A DNA stretch of 62,730 nucleotides, counting the filler, from Stramenopiles sp. TOSAG23-2 (Eukaryota), in NCBI GenBank assembly GCA_900128395.1. It is 7 parts of 7 records of this genome, joined end to end, with 100 filler letters (N's around TTAATTAATTAA, not from the genome) between each part and the next. Parts side by side here need not be neighbours in the genome. Positions count along the whole stretch, not along the records: positions 27,256 to 54,400 come from LT649422.1; 6 more parts are not named here. One strand, 5' to 3'. The notes beneath the pieces are model-generated. The model was given only the letters and a program-made list of their open reading frames with translations, did no database searches and was not told the DNA's origin. This document shows positions 44,224-54,500 of the stretch, piece after piece. How positions within the stretch are numbered: the stretch's first letter is position 1; each line of letters begins with the position of its first letter. The translations under genes and the position numbers were made by a program.

Positions 44224-44912
44224 ATGACTACCATAAAAAATACGAATAATATCGAGGTCGACGAATTTGGCAACACTGTTGTAGCAACAGATCAGCAAGT
44301 CGTTAATCGTAAGAATATTTCTGTGGATAAGACAGATGTTGTGTTGGAGGATTTGTGTTGTCCGTGTGGACTTTGCTGCTGCATACAAGCTTGGTACTGC
44401 AATCCTAGCGGCTGTTTAGGCTGTGTCCTTAAACAGGAATGTTGTGGATTTAGGTGGTCTGGCAAGTGTTGCAAATGCATGTCACCAAGCAAAAATGATC
44501 AAAAAATGTGCTGTCTATTTCAACAGACCGCGTGTTCTTGCCATCTTCCAACAACGGTAAGTGTTTTATGTTTTCTTATTTCTCGTTTTTGTTATTTGCT
44601 TTTGCTAACATTTTTCTTTTCCCTTTTCCTTCACCACCATTCTAGCTTTGCAATCAATCTAATCAATGTTGTTGCGTTTATGCTAGTATGGCTATTCCAT
44701 GCGACTTTCTTCAAAGCCAAGTTCCTATACTCGTTAGTTGTGGAATCTGTTCTGTTTACCCCAAAGTTAGTTGTTGCAAATGCAAACTCAAACAGATGAT
44801 GAATGAAAAATGGCTTAACAGAAATGCTACCAAAACAAACGTACACAGTGAGGTACAAGTCGCTCCAAATGAATACAATGGCTCGCCTGAAAAGCTTGAA
44901 ATGGAACGTTAA
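44224..44912 (+). CDS. Very Cys-rich protein, two exons (44224-44556, 44646-44912), 199 aa
   Basis: 89-bp GT-AG intron with GCTAAC; the spliced frame is continuous; many CC and CCC clusters. Confidence 0.8.
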
Positions 44913-44964
44913 ATATTAGAGGCACAATAACAAATATATATGTAAAATGTTCATCCTTGTAAAA

Positions 44965-45340
44965 ATATATTTTGAAGATGAAGCATTACGTGCGCGAATA
45001 TGAGAAAAATGACGGAGGAAGAATTGAAAGCAGAAATTGTGAAACGTGGTCTTACCCCAAAAGAAATTCTAGCACCGAAAAAAGATTTAGAACAACAATT
45101 ACTGGATGTAACAGATTTTTCAGAGATGAAACCAGAGGAAGCAGCGAAAGAGAAAGTTCGTATAAATAAGATGTCTCAAGTTAAATTACGTCTAGCATCA
45201 TAGAAGCAAAAAATATGAAACCAAAACGAGTTTAAGTTCCTGGGACTAAAGAAATAAATCGCAATAATTTTCTATAACAAGTACACTAAATTGTATACTC
45301 TCAGATATTCCCCCTATCAGAGAGATTCTCTCTGAATTAA
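44965..45340 (+). pseudogene. Decayed SAP-like repeat protein
   Basis: KMTEEELKAEIVKRGL...KKDLEQQL; a second copy INKMSQVKLRLA/IEAKNMKP is broken by a frameshift and stops. Confidence 0.45.
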
Positions 45341-45502
45341 TATTTTTTAAAAACCTACGGGTCGGTATAGCAAGTGCTATACAATTTTAATTAAGCTAAT
45401 AAAAGAGTCTGACGACGCAGACTAAATTTTTATTTTCTAGAAAATTTTTTTATGATTTGTGTAATTTTATTATAATTTACATTCAGGAGTGTGCTGGTGT
45501 GC

Positions 45503-45873
45503 TCACTTTCCCTTCTCTTCCTCCTTCATACTTTTCTCACTAGCCTTTTCTGTCCAAAATTTGTTTGCCTTTTCACTACTGCTAACTTTCATACTACTTT
45601 CACTTTTCGATATAATTGGTGATATCTTTGTTGGATCGTTATTTTTCGTATCTTTTTTTTTGATACACATATTAATGCATTTCTCACCACATGGTGTAGC
45701 TAAAATCAACGACATAACAGCAGTTACTATGACAGACATATTCAATACGATCAATGCAACACCATATGCATGGTTTTCATCGGCATTTGCTTGTAATGGT
45801 TCCTTTGTGTTGTTTACGCGCAGTTTGATTACTAATCCAACCAATAAAGTCAAAAATAATTGATTCGAGTAAA
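45503..45873 (-). pseudogene. Orphan terminal exon of a multi-pass membrane protein
   Basis: Acceptor-like ttttctatttttag at ~45874; QLFLTLLVGLVIK...GVALIVLNMSVIV helices and a tail; no upstream exons or ATG. Confidence 0.55.
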
Positions 45874-46671
45874 CTAAAAATAGAAAAAAAATTTAGAAAA
45901 TTGTATTTATAAAAAATTTAATATCGTATTCAAATAATGGTACGATACTATATGTAAATAATGGTACGATACTATATTGTTACGTATATATAATTATTAC
46001 TTTGGAAAAAGAATATTTATTGTTTATTGTTCTTGTCTATATGAATTTTTATATCTTTATCTTTTCAATCTATATCAATTTCTATTCACTTGAAGAACTT
46101 TCTTCGTCCTATCTTAATCATCTATGTCCTAAACTTTTCAAGTCCTATAAATTTAGTAGTGCAAAAAATAATCGTCCTCCTCTCCTCCTTTTTTTTGCAA
46201 CGTGTTCTTGAACGCACCTTTCCCATGGTACAGTACCAGGTACATACCACTGGTGGTAAAAAAAAAAATAGAGCTCTGGCCAACTGTGCCAACACGATGT
46301 ACTTTGTCATAGGTCGGTTACAGATTTAGAATTTTAAGGTGTATTATTTGTTTTTAAATATATAAATATTGACTAGCATACTACCACCAGGTAAGCAGCC
46401 ACTATTTTACTTTCCCTAAGTTTAAGGACTAAGTGTTCATTATAATATCTTCTCTATCTCTTCGTTATAGTATTAGTATCTTGGTATATGGATATGGACG
46501 AAAGCTATAAATATATATATCTTTGTAGCACTACTACTAAACATATATTTGAATAAATGCAAACTGGCATATAGGTGATTTTATGAATATACAACAATAT
46601 AATTTATACAACACAAAAATAATATAAATAAATTATATCACAACAACAATCGCACGAAAAGAATCAAAAAG

Positions 46672-48375
46672 ATGTCGCGAATCAAACCGTTTTCCAAAAT
46701 GACAATGAAACAAAAATTGTTCGTTGTGGTTATACCATTAATATTTGCAATTTATACACCAATAGCAGAAATCATTGCTTTTGTCAACTTGGCCCAAAAA
46801 ACGGATCTGTTAACCAGCTCTTTATCGGATACATTGGTAGTAAATTCGAATTGGGATTCTAATCCTATTACTGATGTAAAGCTTGCAGTTGCATGTCCAT
46901 CTGGTTATTCGGAACTTGGTAAAAAACCTGCAAATGTTGAGGTTAAAGACTTACGCAATATGGGTGTTACCGGTGTTTGGCCTGGTGCAAAAGCAATGTG
47001 TAAATGTGGTAAAACAACTGATACGTCAACATTATCTTGCACAACAAATAAAGATCCGTCGTCGCCAAAAGCGCCTGGTTGTAAATTTACAAAAAGTAAA
47101 GATGGAAAGAATACAACTGTGATATTTCAAGATATCGTTTCGAAATGTACCGCCGATATGAAAAGTGCTGGTTGTACAGATATCAACAATGAAGGGGAAA
47201 AGATTTTAACAAAAATACCTGATGTAGGAGCTGGGACAACAATGACGGAGATTCAACAAAAAGGGTACAATTACAAGTCAGGAAAATCAATTTGCATCAA
47301 AAGAAATTTAAACGTGAAATATTCAGATTTAGCTACCGTCGATACCAATCAAACAGATGTCAATAAACAATGTGGAGCTGATACAACAAAATGTGGTGGA
47401 ATCTGTTATCCAAAAAAAGAAGGGACTTGTCCATTAAGATCATTTTCCATACAATACAATGTGCAAGCAAAAACGTATAACATTAAACTTGAGCCGCTAA
47501 GTGATATCACTGACGGTGAACCGTTGGTCAGTGTTGCAATATCAGCTGGAATTCCATGTTTTGGAAAACCATTGACTGCTGATGGGTTTGCCAAACCAAT
47601 CATTCAAGGAGCACCAAACAATGAAGCATTTGAAAGTGCAGCTGGTGCATGTAAAAGGAAAGATACAAGATTTGATATGGCTGGAACCATCGCGCAATTT
47701 GATTTCTTTAATACTAATGAAATTGGTAATCCAACTGGGATCACAGTTACAAATGACAAAAATTACGAAGCATATAATACATATGACAAAGGGGCATGGA
47801 CATTGTATACACAAGAAGGTATTCAATGGTCGGCGAAATGCAAACATACAAAAGCGGATCTTGTTGGAGTAAGTGGCAAAGTACAAACGATTAAAGGTGC
47901 TCAAGAAGGTGCCTATGTGGTTCAACTAATCTTTGGACTTTTCATTTTAGGGCTTTTCTTCCCAATTATGGCTGGTTTGCAAGTGTTTGAAAAAGATCAA
48001 GATTTAATGTGTATTCCTGGTGAAGGTCTTGAAGAAAAGAGAAATCTTGGAATATGCAAAAGTGTGTGTTCCTTCATTGCAATCTTGTTGAAATTGATTT
48101 TTATTGGCATGGCATCTGGCGCAACACAACCAGTCTATGAAATTTATGATGGAACTGGGGACTGTGCAATGGATGACTTGACAAAGGAAACAGTTAATTT
48201 CATAACGCCTACAGTGAAGAAGATTCATGAAGGTAACATTACTGCAATGAATTTAGCACTTGTATCTTTAGTCTTTTGCATTTTAAATTGGTTATACCAA
48301 GCATATAATGGTTGCAAAGTGGATAAAACATTAGCAGATGATGAAACTGAAGGTGTAGCACTTAGTGAAGTTTAA
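46672..48375 (+). CDS. Membrane protein with large Cys-rich extracellular loop (one N-terminal TM, ~3 C-terminal TMs)
   Basis: N-terminal hydrophobic helix; NWDSNPITDV..CPSG..WPGA..CKC..CPL..C..DTRF; C-terminal hydrophobic helices. Confidence 0.8.
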   Translation: MSRIKPFSKMTMKQKLFVVVIPLIFAIYTPIAEIIAFVNLAQKTDLLTSSLSDTLVVNSNWDSNPITDVKLAVACPSGYSELGKKPANVEVKDLRNMGVTGVWPGAKAMCKCGKTTDTSTLSCTTNKDPSSPKAPGCKFTKSKDGKNTTVIFQDIVSKCTADMKSAGCTDINNEGEKILTKIPDVGAGTTMTEIQQKGYNYKSGKSICIKRNLNVKYSDLATVDTNQTDVNKQCGADTTKCGGICYPKKEGTCPLRSFSIQYNVQAKTYNIKLEPLSDITDGEPLVSVAISAGIPCFGKPLTADGFAKPIIQGAPNNEAFESAAGACKRKDTRFDMAGTIAQFDFFNTNEIGNPTGITVTNDKNYEAYNTYDKGAWTLYTQEGIQWSAKCKHTKADLVGVSGKVQTIKGAQEGAYVVQLIFGLFILGLFFPIMAGLQVFEKDQDLMCIPGEGLEEKRNLGICKSVCSFIAILLKLIFIGMASGATQPVYEIYDGTGDCAMDDLTKETVNFITPTVKKIHEGNITAMNLALVSLVFCILNWLYQAYNGCKVDKTLADDETEGVALSEV

Positions 48376-48991
48376 ATATATACATTTAACTAAAGAAATA
48401 TATATGAGAGTATATATATATATTATATGCAGTGTCAAGGCTGTAATATATTGTGCGATTGGTTGATGGATATGACAAAAGCAGCTTATAAATTTTACAT
48501 TATTAGAATTATATAAAGCTGAAACAAAAAAGATGAGCAAAAGCCTTAAATAGGAACATACGTGTAAAAATTAAGTACTGTACAGTAAATTAATATCAAC
48601 ATAGCATTGATTTTTGTTATACAACCTTCCATATACTAACTAGTATACTACTCGTATTTTAACCCTAATTCATTGTGCCCCTCTCGCCTTTTTTCGGCTC
48701 AAAGTTATATAAATATCCGTTCGGCATCTAACACATTTATTATATTTGATAAAATTACTATAACTTAAAATAAAGAGTTAAGAAGATCTTTGATTTATTG
48801 TACTAAATACACTGATCATAAATAAATCATTCAATACAAGACGTTTTGTACAATATATTGTAGTACACGTATATACAACCTGATTACAAAATATAATTTC
48901 TATAATAATCACAATAACATCAGCATATATACGTTTTTAATAAGTAATAATCATTTAAATATTATATATATATAATATAAACACAGCCATT

Positions 48992-50035
48992 ATGAGATTC
49001 TCACAGCCAAAGAAAGGTGGTGACCCAAGGGATATTATTAGTGATCGTGCTGGTGGTTTAGATTTAGCAAACACAGCAGAAATGACAAAGTGGCGTTATA
49101 TGATTGCACATGATGCGCAAATTGACTTGGAAAATATGAGAGGTCATATCCGTAGGTTTAAAAAAGCGGGAGAGTTAAGCGAAGATGATTTATTAATCAA
49201 AGATGACAAATTAAATAAACACATAACGAATGAAGCAATATTAGCAGGTGGACCAAATGCAAAGGTATTTCCAAAACTAGGACTTGGACAAAGAATTCCA
49301 AAAATGTTCAAATCATTGACGCCGCAGGAACATGAAAAAATGTTAAAAACAGTAAAAGAAGTCAAGGTGATCAAAGGTGAAAAGTTGTCACAAAAGCACT
49401 TGAAAGCGAGAATGTTAAAAATGGAGAGAACGTTGAAAACAATTAGACGAGCCAGAAAAAGTGCAGAGAGCGATTTACATCAACTACAACGTACGTTAAA
49501 TCTACCTTTATCTCCGGTAGTTAAAATATCAGCACCACCATCCAGAGCTAGTTCAAGGTCTAGCTTAAGATCCATGAAAAATAATAGTAATAGTAACAAT
49601 GGGAATAATAACAGTAAGATGAATAAAAGTATTAGTGTGCCAAATATACGGTCCCGTACATCTACACCAAAAAGACGAAAACAAAAAGATAAAATAATTA
49701 AAAAACGTGTTTGGAATAAAAAAACACAAGTTTGGGAAATAAGGCCAGTACGAATGGCATATGGTTTACCAGATACAAAAGAATCATTTCGTAGTCAAAA
49801 TATTTCGAATCTATTTATTGCTGGAGATCATCGTGGTATGGTATCAACTAATCAGATTGGCCTCATAGCTGCTAGTGATTTATTAAGAAAAGGTTTGGTT
49901 GATCCAAATATGTATATGAAATTGTTTGAATTTGATAAAAGTCAAAGATGCCCAAAGATAATGTCCCCGGTAACTAAATTTGCTGAACATGCTGTTAAAA
50001 ACAGATTAAAGCCATTTGCACTTGGACGTGGTTAG
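48992..50035 (+). CDS. Hypothetical basic coiled-coil protein
   Basis: 347-aa ORF with normal codon pattern; no recognised domain. Confidence 0.75.
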   Translation: MRFSQPKKGGDPRDIISDRAGGLDLANTAEMTKWRYMIAHDAQIDLENMRGHIRRFKKAGELSEDDLLIKDDKLNKHITNEAILAGGPNAKVFPKLGLGQRIPKMFKSLTPQEHEKMLKTVKEVKVIKGEKLSQKHLKARMLKMERTLKTIRRARKSAESDLHQLQRTLNLPLSPVVKISAPPSRASSRSSLRSMKNNSNSNNGNNNSKMNKSISVPNIRSRTSTPKRRKQKDKIIKKRVWNKKTQVWEIRPVRMAYGLPDTKESFRSQNISNLFIAGDHRGMVSTNQIGLIAASDLLRKGLVDPNMYMKLFEFDKSQRCPKIMSPVTKFAEHAVKNRLKPFALGRG

Positions 50036-50375
50036 AAAAAGAAAGTACATATGTGTACGTAAGAATGGTTTTTTAAAACATAAAATAAAAATTTAAAAAA
50101 AGTTTTTTTTAATATTTTTATGCAACACTAATATTTAAATAAGAGAATTTTTTATATATATATATTAAAATCTTAATATTAATATTATACATGATATTAC
50201 TAATATATTTTATATTATTTTTTTTTATATATCATATAAAGAATATTTAATTATTTTTTAAAAATAAGAATTATTCGTATGATATGGAAGATCGACTCTC
50301 AAATAAAAAAACGTTAAATGCCAATATCGTCATTTGCACACCACAATATACACATTCTGCTGTTAAATTGTCAAT

Positions 50376-52442
50376 TTATAACACAACGGTTCTTGAAATA
50401 TTTTTTCGGTATGATGATATTAATGGTAAATCTTTTGCATGTGCTGGTGGAGCCTTTGCAAATTTCATGGTTGGATACATACGTTGCAAATCATTTATAG
50501 AAAATTGCATATCTTGTTGTATTGGTGACAAACCACGTTTAGACGGTACCTGATACAAAGGTTTTCGTTGAACATGGCTGTATTTATCTTTCGTTTTATT
50601 ATCATTGTTATTATTATTATTACTACTATTGTTGCTGTATAAATCAGAAACCATTTTTTTTTGTTTAGGTGGTAATTTAGCTTTTTGTTCATCTTTTATA
50701 TCAACACCTTCTTCACTACTACATGATGAGGATTCTTCATTATTATTATCGCTAGAAAAATATTTATTTTTCTGACTATTATTGCTTTTCGTACGTTTTT
50801 TATTTTTTTTTATCCCGGTCATTTTTCGTCTAAATTTTTTACGTTTATACGCACTACCATAGATTTTTCTCATGTTTTTTTCAGCTTCTTTTTGCAATTT
50901 TTCTTGGCGCTTACGTGCTTTTTCTTCTTTTTTTCGATCTCGCTCTTCTTGGCGTTTTTTTCTTGCTTCTGTTTCTTCCGCTTGTATTTTTCTAAAATCT
51001 TGTACATCCATATCACGTGTTATTTGTTCGGCTACAGATGCTGTTGATGGTCGATTTGCCTTTATGGCATTTAATGGCGAACCAACCGCTACTGATTTAT
51101 CAGAAGTTTCATTTGCTAATCTACTTGGTGTATTTATCTTTCCTTTACGATTGGAGGAATAATTATATTGTCTTGGAGATGCGTAATGATATAATGGATT
51201 TCTTACTTTTACAGTTCGAATTGGTGGTGTTGGCTTGTATCCATATGGAATCGTTGATATTAATTTATTACGAAATGCCATATTTAATAATTTATATCGA
51301 TATTCTTCTATATCTTGGCAAAATGGTGGCAATGTCAAACCTTCCCTTCTTACAACACGTTTTACACGATCGTGTTCATTCAATGCAATTTTTCCACAAA
51401 ATAGCAATGGAATATCAATATCTTTGATATTTTTTAATATTTCTACAGCACCTTCAAAATATGCTTGTGCTTTTCCATCACCACCAGGTTGCGAAGAGTC
51501 TTCTAAACCCCGTTTTGCATTGACACAAAATTTCCAACGAACTTCTTTATCTGTAACAAATGGTTCGAGCATATCAAAAATTTCACGAAATGAAGAACTT
51601 TTGGCTTGTGCAGAAACAAAATATGTAACTGCATGTTGTGACAACAATTGTCCTGGTGTTACTAATGTGTCGTTAATAGTTGCGAATCCTTCTTCCGTTT
51701 GTATATCAGCTCTTGTTTCCCCTGGCTTACGTAATTTAAAGTTTGATCTACCGAAGCACCATGGTTGAACTTCTTCATTAACTCTACGTACTAAATGTGT
51801 TCCTATCTCATGCACTGCAAAACTATGTAATCGCACTGGATTTCTTGCTAAATTTACTGAAACGTACAATGTATGCTTACAGTTGGAGGAACTTTTATCG
51901 AAATATTCATCTTTACATTTAAATCTAGCATAACTGACAGATTTACGATTGATGAACGTACCTGAATTATGCATGTCAGCCCATTGTAAATTACAATGAT
52001 GGTCTACTCTGCTTCTTTTTAAATAATCGTTTAGTACAACCGTTGCTTCTGCCAACGACAACTCTATGTCTTCCTCTGATCCTTTAATTGGTTGTTTCGA
52101 TTTCAAAACATTGCCACGGCCATATTCCTGAACAGCCTCTTTCATAATACCAATTGCTTCTGGTAATAATTCTGTTTCTTGTTTATTATTTGCTTTTTCT
52201 AACATGGACTTTCTCGCAGTTTTCGAAATCCTATATGTAAATTGTGGATTATAATCAGTAGACGCAAAAAATCTTTCCTTCTCTTCCAACAAATTAGTAG
52301 CTAATAATTTATGTTTTGGTGCATATTTGGATATCTTTGGTGATTTAGTTCTACTTTTTGTATCACTAGTAGTTACAGTAGGTGATTTTATTGTAGCATC
52401 GTCGCTGTATTCATAATATACGTCATCACAAAAGCGACACAT
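50376..52442 (-). CDS. MATCAP/KIAA0895-like (DUF1704) metallocarboxypeptidase
   Basis: YNPQFTY, HEIGTHLVRRVNE..QPW (HExxxH), TEEGFA, RWKFCVNAKRGLED, YFEGAVEIL, LFCGKIA; first ATG at 52442. Confidence 0.85.
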   Translation of the reverse strand: MCRFCDDVYYEYSDDATIKSPTVTTSDTKSRTKSPKISKYAPKHKLLATNLLEEKERFFASTDYNPQFTYRISKTARKSMLEKANNKQETELLPEAIGIMKEAVQEYGRGNVLKSKQPIKGSEEDIELSLAEATVVLNDYLKRSRVDHHCNLQWADMHNSGTFINRKSVSYARFKCKDEYFDKSSSNCKHTLYVSVNLARNPVRLHSFAVHEIGTHLVRRVNEEVQPWCFGRSNFKLRKPGETRADIQTEEGFATINDTLVTPGQLLSQHAVTYFVSAQAKSSSFREIFDMLEPFVTDKEVRWKFCVNAKRGLEDSSQPGGDGKAQAYFEGAVEILKNIKDIDIPLLFCGKIALNEHDRVKRVVRREGLTLPPFCQDIEEYRYKLLNMAFRNKLISTIPYGYKPTPPIRTVKVRNPLYHYASPRQYNYSSNRKGKINTPSRLANETSDKSVAVGSPLNAIKANRPSTASVAEQITRDMDVQDFRKIQAEETEARKKRQEERDRKKEEKARKRQEKLQKEAEKNMRKIYGSAYKRKKFRRKMTGIKKNKKRTKSNNSQKNKYFSSDNNNEESSSCSSEEGVDIKDEQKAKLPPKQKKMVSDLYSNNSSNNNNNNDNKTKDKYSHVQRKPLYQVPSKRGLSPIQQDMQFSINDLQRMYPTMKFAKAPPAHAKDLPLISSYRKNISRTVVL

Positions 52443-52466
52443 GATATGAAGGTAAACTGTATAGGA

Positions 52467-52654
52467 AGAAACAAACAAAGAAGATGAAAAATCTGAAGCT
52501 TAAACTAATGAATATATTATATGTATCCAATTTTTATCTTTTTAAAGAAAACAATTAAAAAGAAACAAACAAAGAAGATGAAAAATCTGAAGCTTAAACT
52601 AATGAATATATTATATGTATCCAATTTTTATCTTTTTAAAGAAAACAATTAAAA
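52467..52654. repeat. 94-bp tandem duplication
   Basis: agaaacaaacaaagaagatg...aattaaaa occurs twice. Confidence 0.85.
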
Positions 52655-53357
52655 ACAACTAAACAGAATGTAATGGAACAGTTATGGTTTAATAATCCAA
52701 TATATATACTATAATTACATATGTGTATATGTATGTATGTCGATAGTGTCTATAGATAGATACATGTATATTATATTCGATCCCATGTGCTTCCGAAGCT
52801 CAATAACAAAAGAAGAAGTATAGTAAGTTGAACGGATACGGATAATAATTAACATGGACACATCATTATATAAATATAGTACAACTTTTATTAATAAACT
52901 CACACAGTCACAACAGCCCACAACAGGACACAGCATTACCTATAAACCACTCCTTTTTTTTTTTGCAAACTTTTTTTTTGTTTGCCGAGTATTTTTATTT
53001 TTAAGGATAATATATACCAAGAAAAGTAGAAGTAAAAAAATATATAAATCGTGCGTAAATACACTAATGTACAAAGGCTTGTTTACGACGAGAAGAACTT
53101 CCATATTAAAATTCTTGCTTAGAATTCCTTAATATACCGACACGACATCATCTTAATCTGTACAACAAGTATAATATATGTTAATGTATTCGTCGAGTAT
53201 ATAATAAATAATGATGGGGAAATTATAGATTATATAAAATACATATCGAAGAATGTAGCAATAGATCATATTTTTATACAGTATATCAAATAAGACTTTC
53301 AACGAAAAGCAAATATAATTTTCTAATATATATACATATATAAATATAACAATAACT

Positions 53358-53789
53358 ATGAAATTTTTAATTACAGTTGCATTACTTTTTTCTTTCACCT
53401 TCTTTGCTATGGCACAAGATGCTGGTCCAAGTGGTGGTGGTTTACGTGTTCAAACCACGGCGAAACCAGAACAATGCCAAACAGCAGCAAAAGCAGGGGA
53501 TAAAATGACTATGCACTACACAGGAACCATCGATGAATCAAGTCCAACTGGTGAAAAAGGGAAACAATTTGACAGCTCTGTTGGACGTGGGCCATTTTCA
53601 TTTAGACTTGGTGCAGGTGAAGTAATTAAAGGATGGGACCAAGGTCTTATGGGGATTTGCGTCGGTGAGAAACGGACTTTGATTATCCCTGCAAGCCTTG
53701 GCTACGGTGATCAAGGTGCTGGCGGTGATATTCCAGGCGGCGCAACTTTAAAATTTACAGTTGAATGTTTGGGCATTAATCAAGACTAA
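53358..53789 (+). CDS. Secretory-pathway FKBP-type peptidyl-prolyl isomerase
   Basis: Signal peptide; MHYTGTI, FDSS, VIKGWDQGL, GEKRTLIIPASLGYG, IPGGATLKFTVE. Confidence 0.95.
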   Translation: MKFLITVALLFSFTFFAMAQDAGPSGGGLRVQTTAKPEQCQTAAKAGDKMTMHYTGTIDESSPTGEKGKQFDSSVGRGPFSFRLGAGEVIKGWDQGLMGICVGEKRTLIIPASLGYGDQGAGGDIPGGATLKFTVECLGINQD

Positions 53790-53807
53790 ATGTTTCGTCT
53801 TACATTT

Positions 53808-53845
<38 letters not shown>

Positions 53846-53869
53846 CAAGACTAACTTTGATAATATATA

Positions 53870-54151
53870 TATACGTTATGGATATGAAGAATTGGTAAGC
53901 ATCAGAAATAAAAGTTTTTGTTATTTTACATTTTATTTTATTGCATATAATATTTTTTTTATACTCTGTATATATCATAAAGTTAGCTGGAAATCTCAGC
54001 TGGGAAGACTTATACGTTATGGATATGAAGAATTGGTAAGCATCAGAAATAAAAGTTTTTGTTTTTTTACATTTTATTTTATTGCATATAATATTTTTTT
54101 TATACTCTGTATATATCATAAAGTTAGCTGGAAATCTCAGCTGGGAAGACT
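53870..54151. repeat. 141-bp tandem duplication (one mismatch seen)
   Basis: 53870-54010 vs 54011-54151. Confidence 0.9.
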
Positions 54152-54400
54152 CTGCGCTTGCCAGAGTATCATAAAGTATACTTGATGGTTAAAATAAAAT
54201 ACTCGTAATTATATTTTTTTTTTCTAATTTTATATACGAAGTTCGTATATTTTATTTTTTACGAAGTATTTTAAAACATATGACCCGGTTTATCTGAGAG
54301 AGGACTTCCAAGGGACAAATAAATTTTTAGTATACTAATAACTATAAATTACACATATTTTACTATCAAACCTTGTGCATTATAATTCCTATATCTCCCA

Positions 54401-54500
54401 NNNNNNNNNNNNNNNNNNNNNNNNNNNNNNNNNNNNNNNNNNNNTTAATTAATTAANNNNNNNNNNNNNNNNNNNNNNNNNNNNNNNNNNNNNNNNNNNN
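54401..54500. other. Artificial contig linker
   Basis: 44N-TTAATTAATTAA-44N. Confidence 0.98.

Larger units (their letters stand above)
42047..45474. mobile_element. Putative direct-repeat-bounded cassette (possibly Crypton-like, decayed tyrosine recombinase plus cargo genes)
   Basis: Identical 90-bp repeats at 42047-42136 and 45385-45474; internal pseudogene debris and two intact spliced genes. Confidence 0.4.

Noticed and set aside
48655-48700. Single AACCCTAA as telomerase template or telo-box
   Set aside because: One 8-mer with no supporting structure is compatible with chance.
8803-50035. TAG reassignment or general readthrough (frames continue past TAG at 15034 and ~19522)
   Set aside because: Long conserved genes have no internal TAG, and TAG ends apparently complete ORFs (8803, 13566, 50035).
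53790-54185. ORFs with an internal 47-aa repeat downstream of FKBP
   Set aside because: They are a by-product of the 141-bp intergenic tandem duplication and a (TA)n tract, with no protein-like features.
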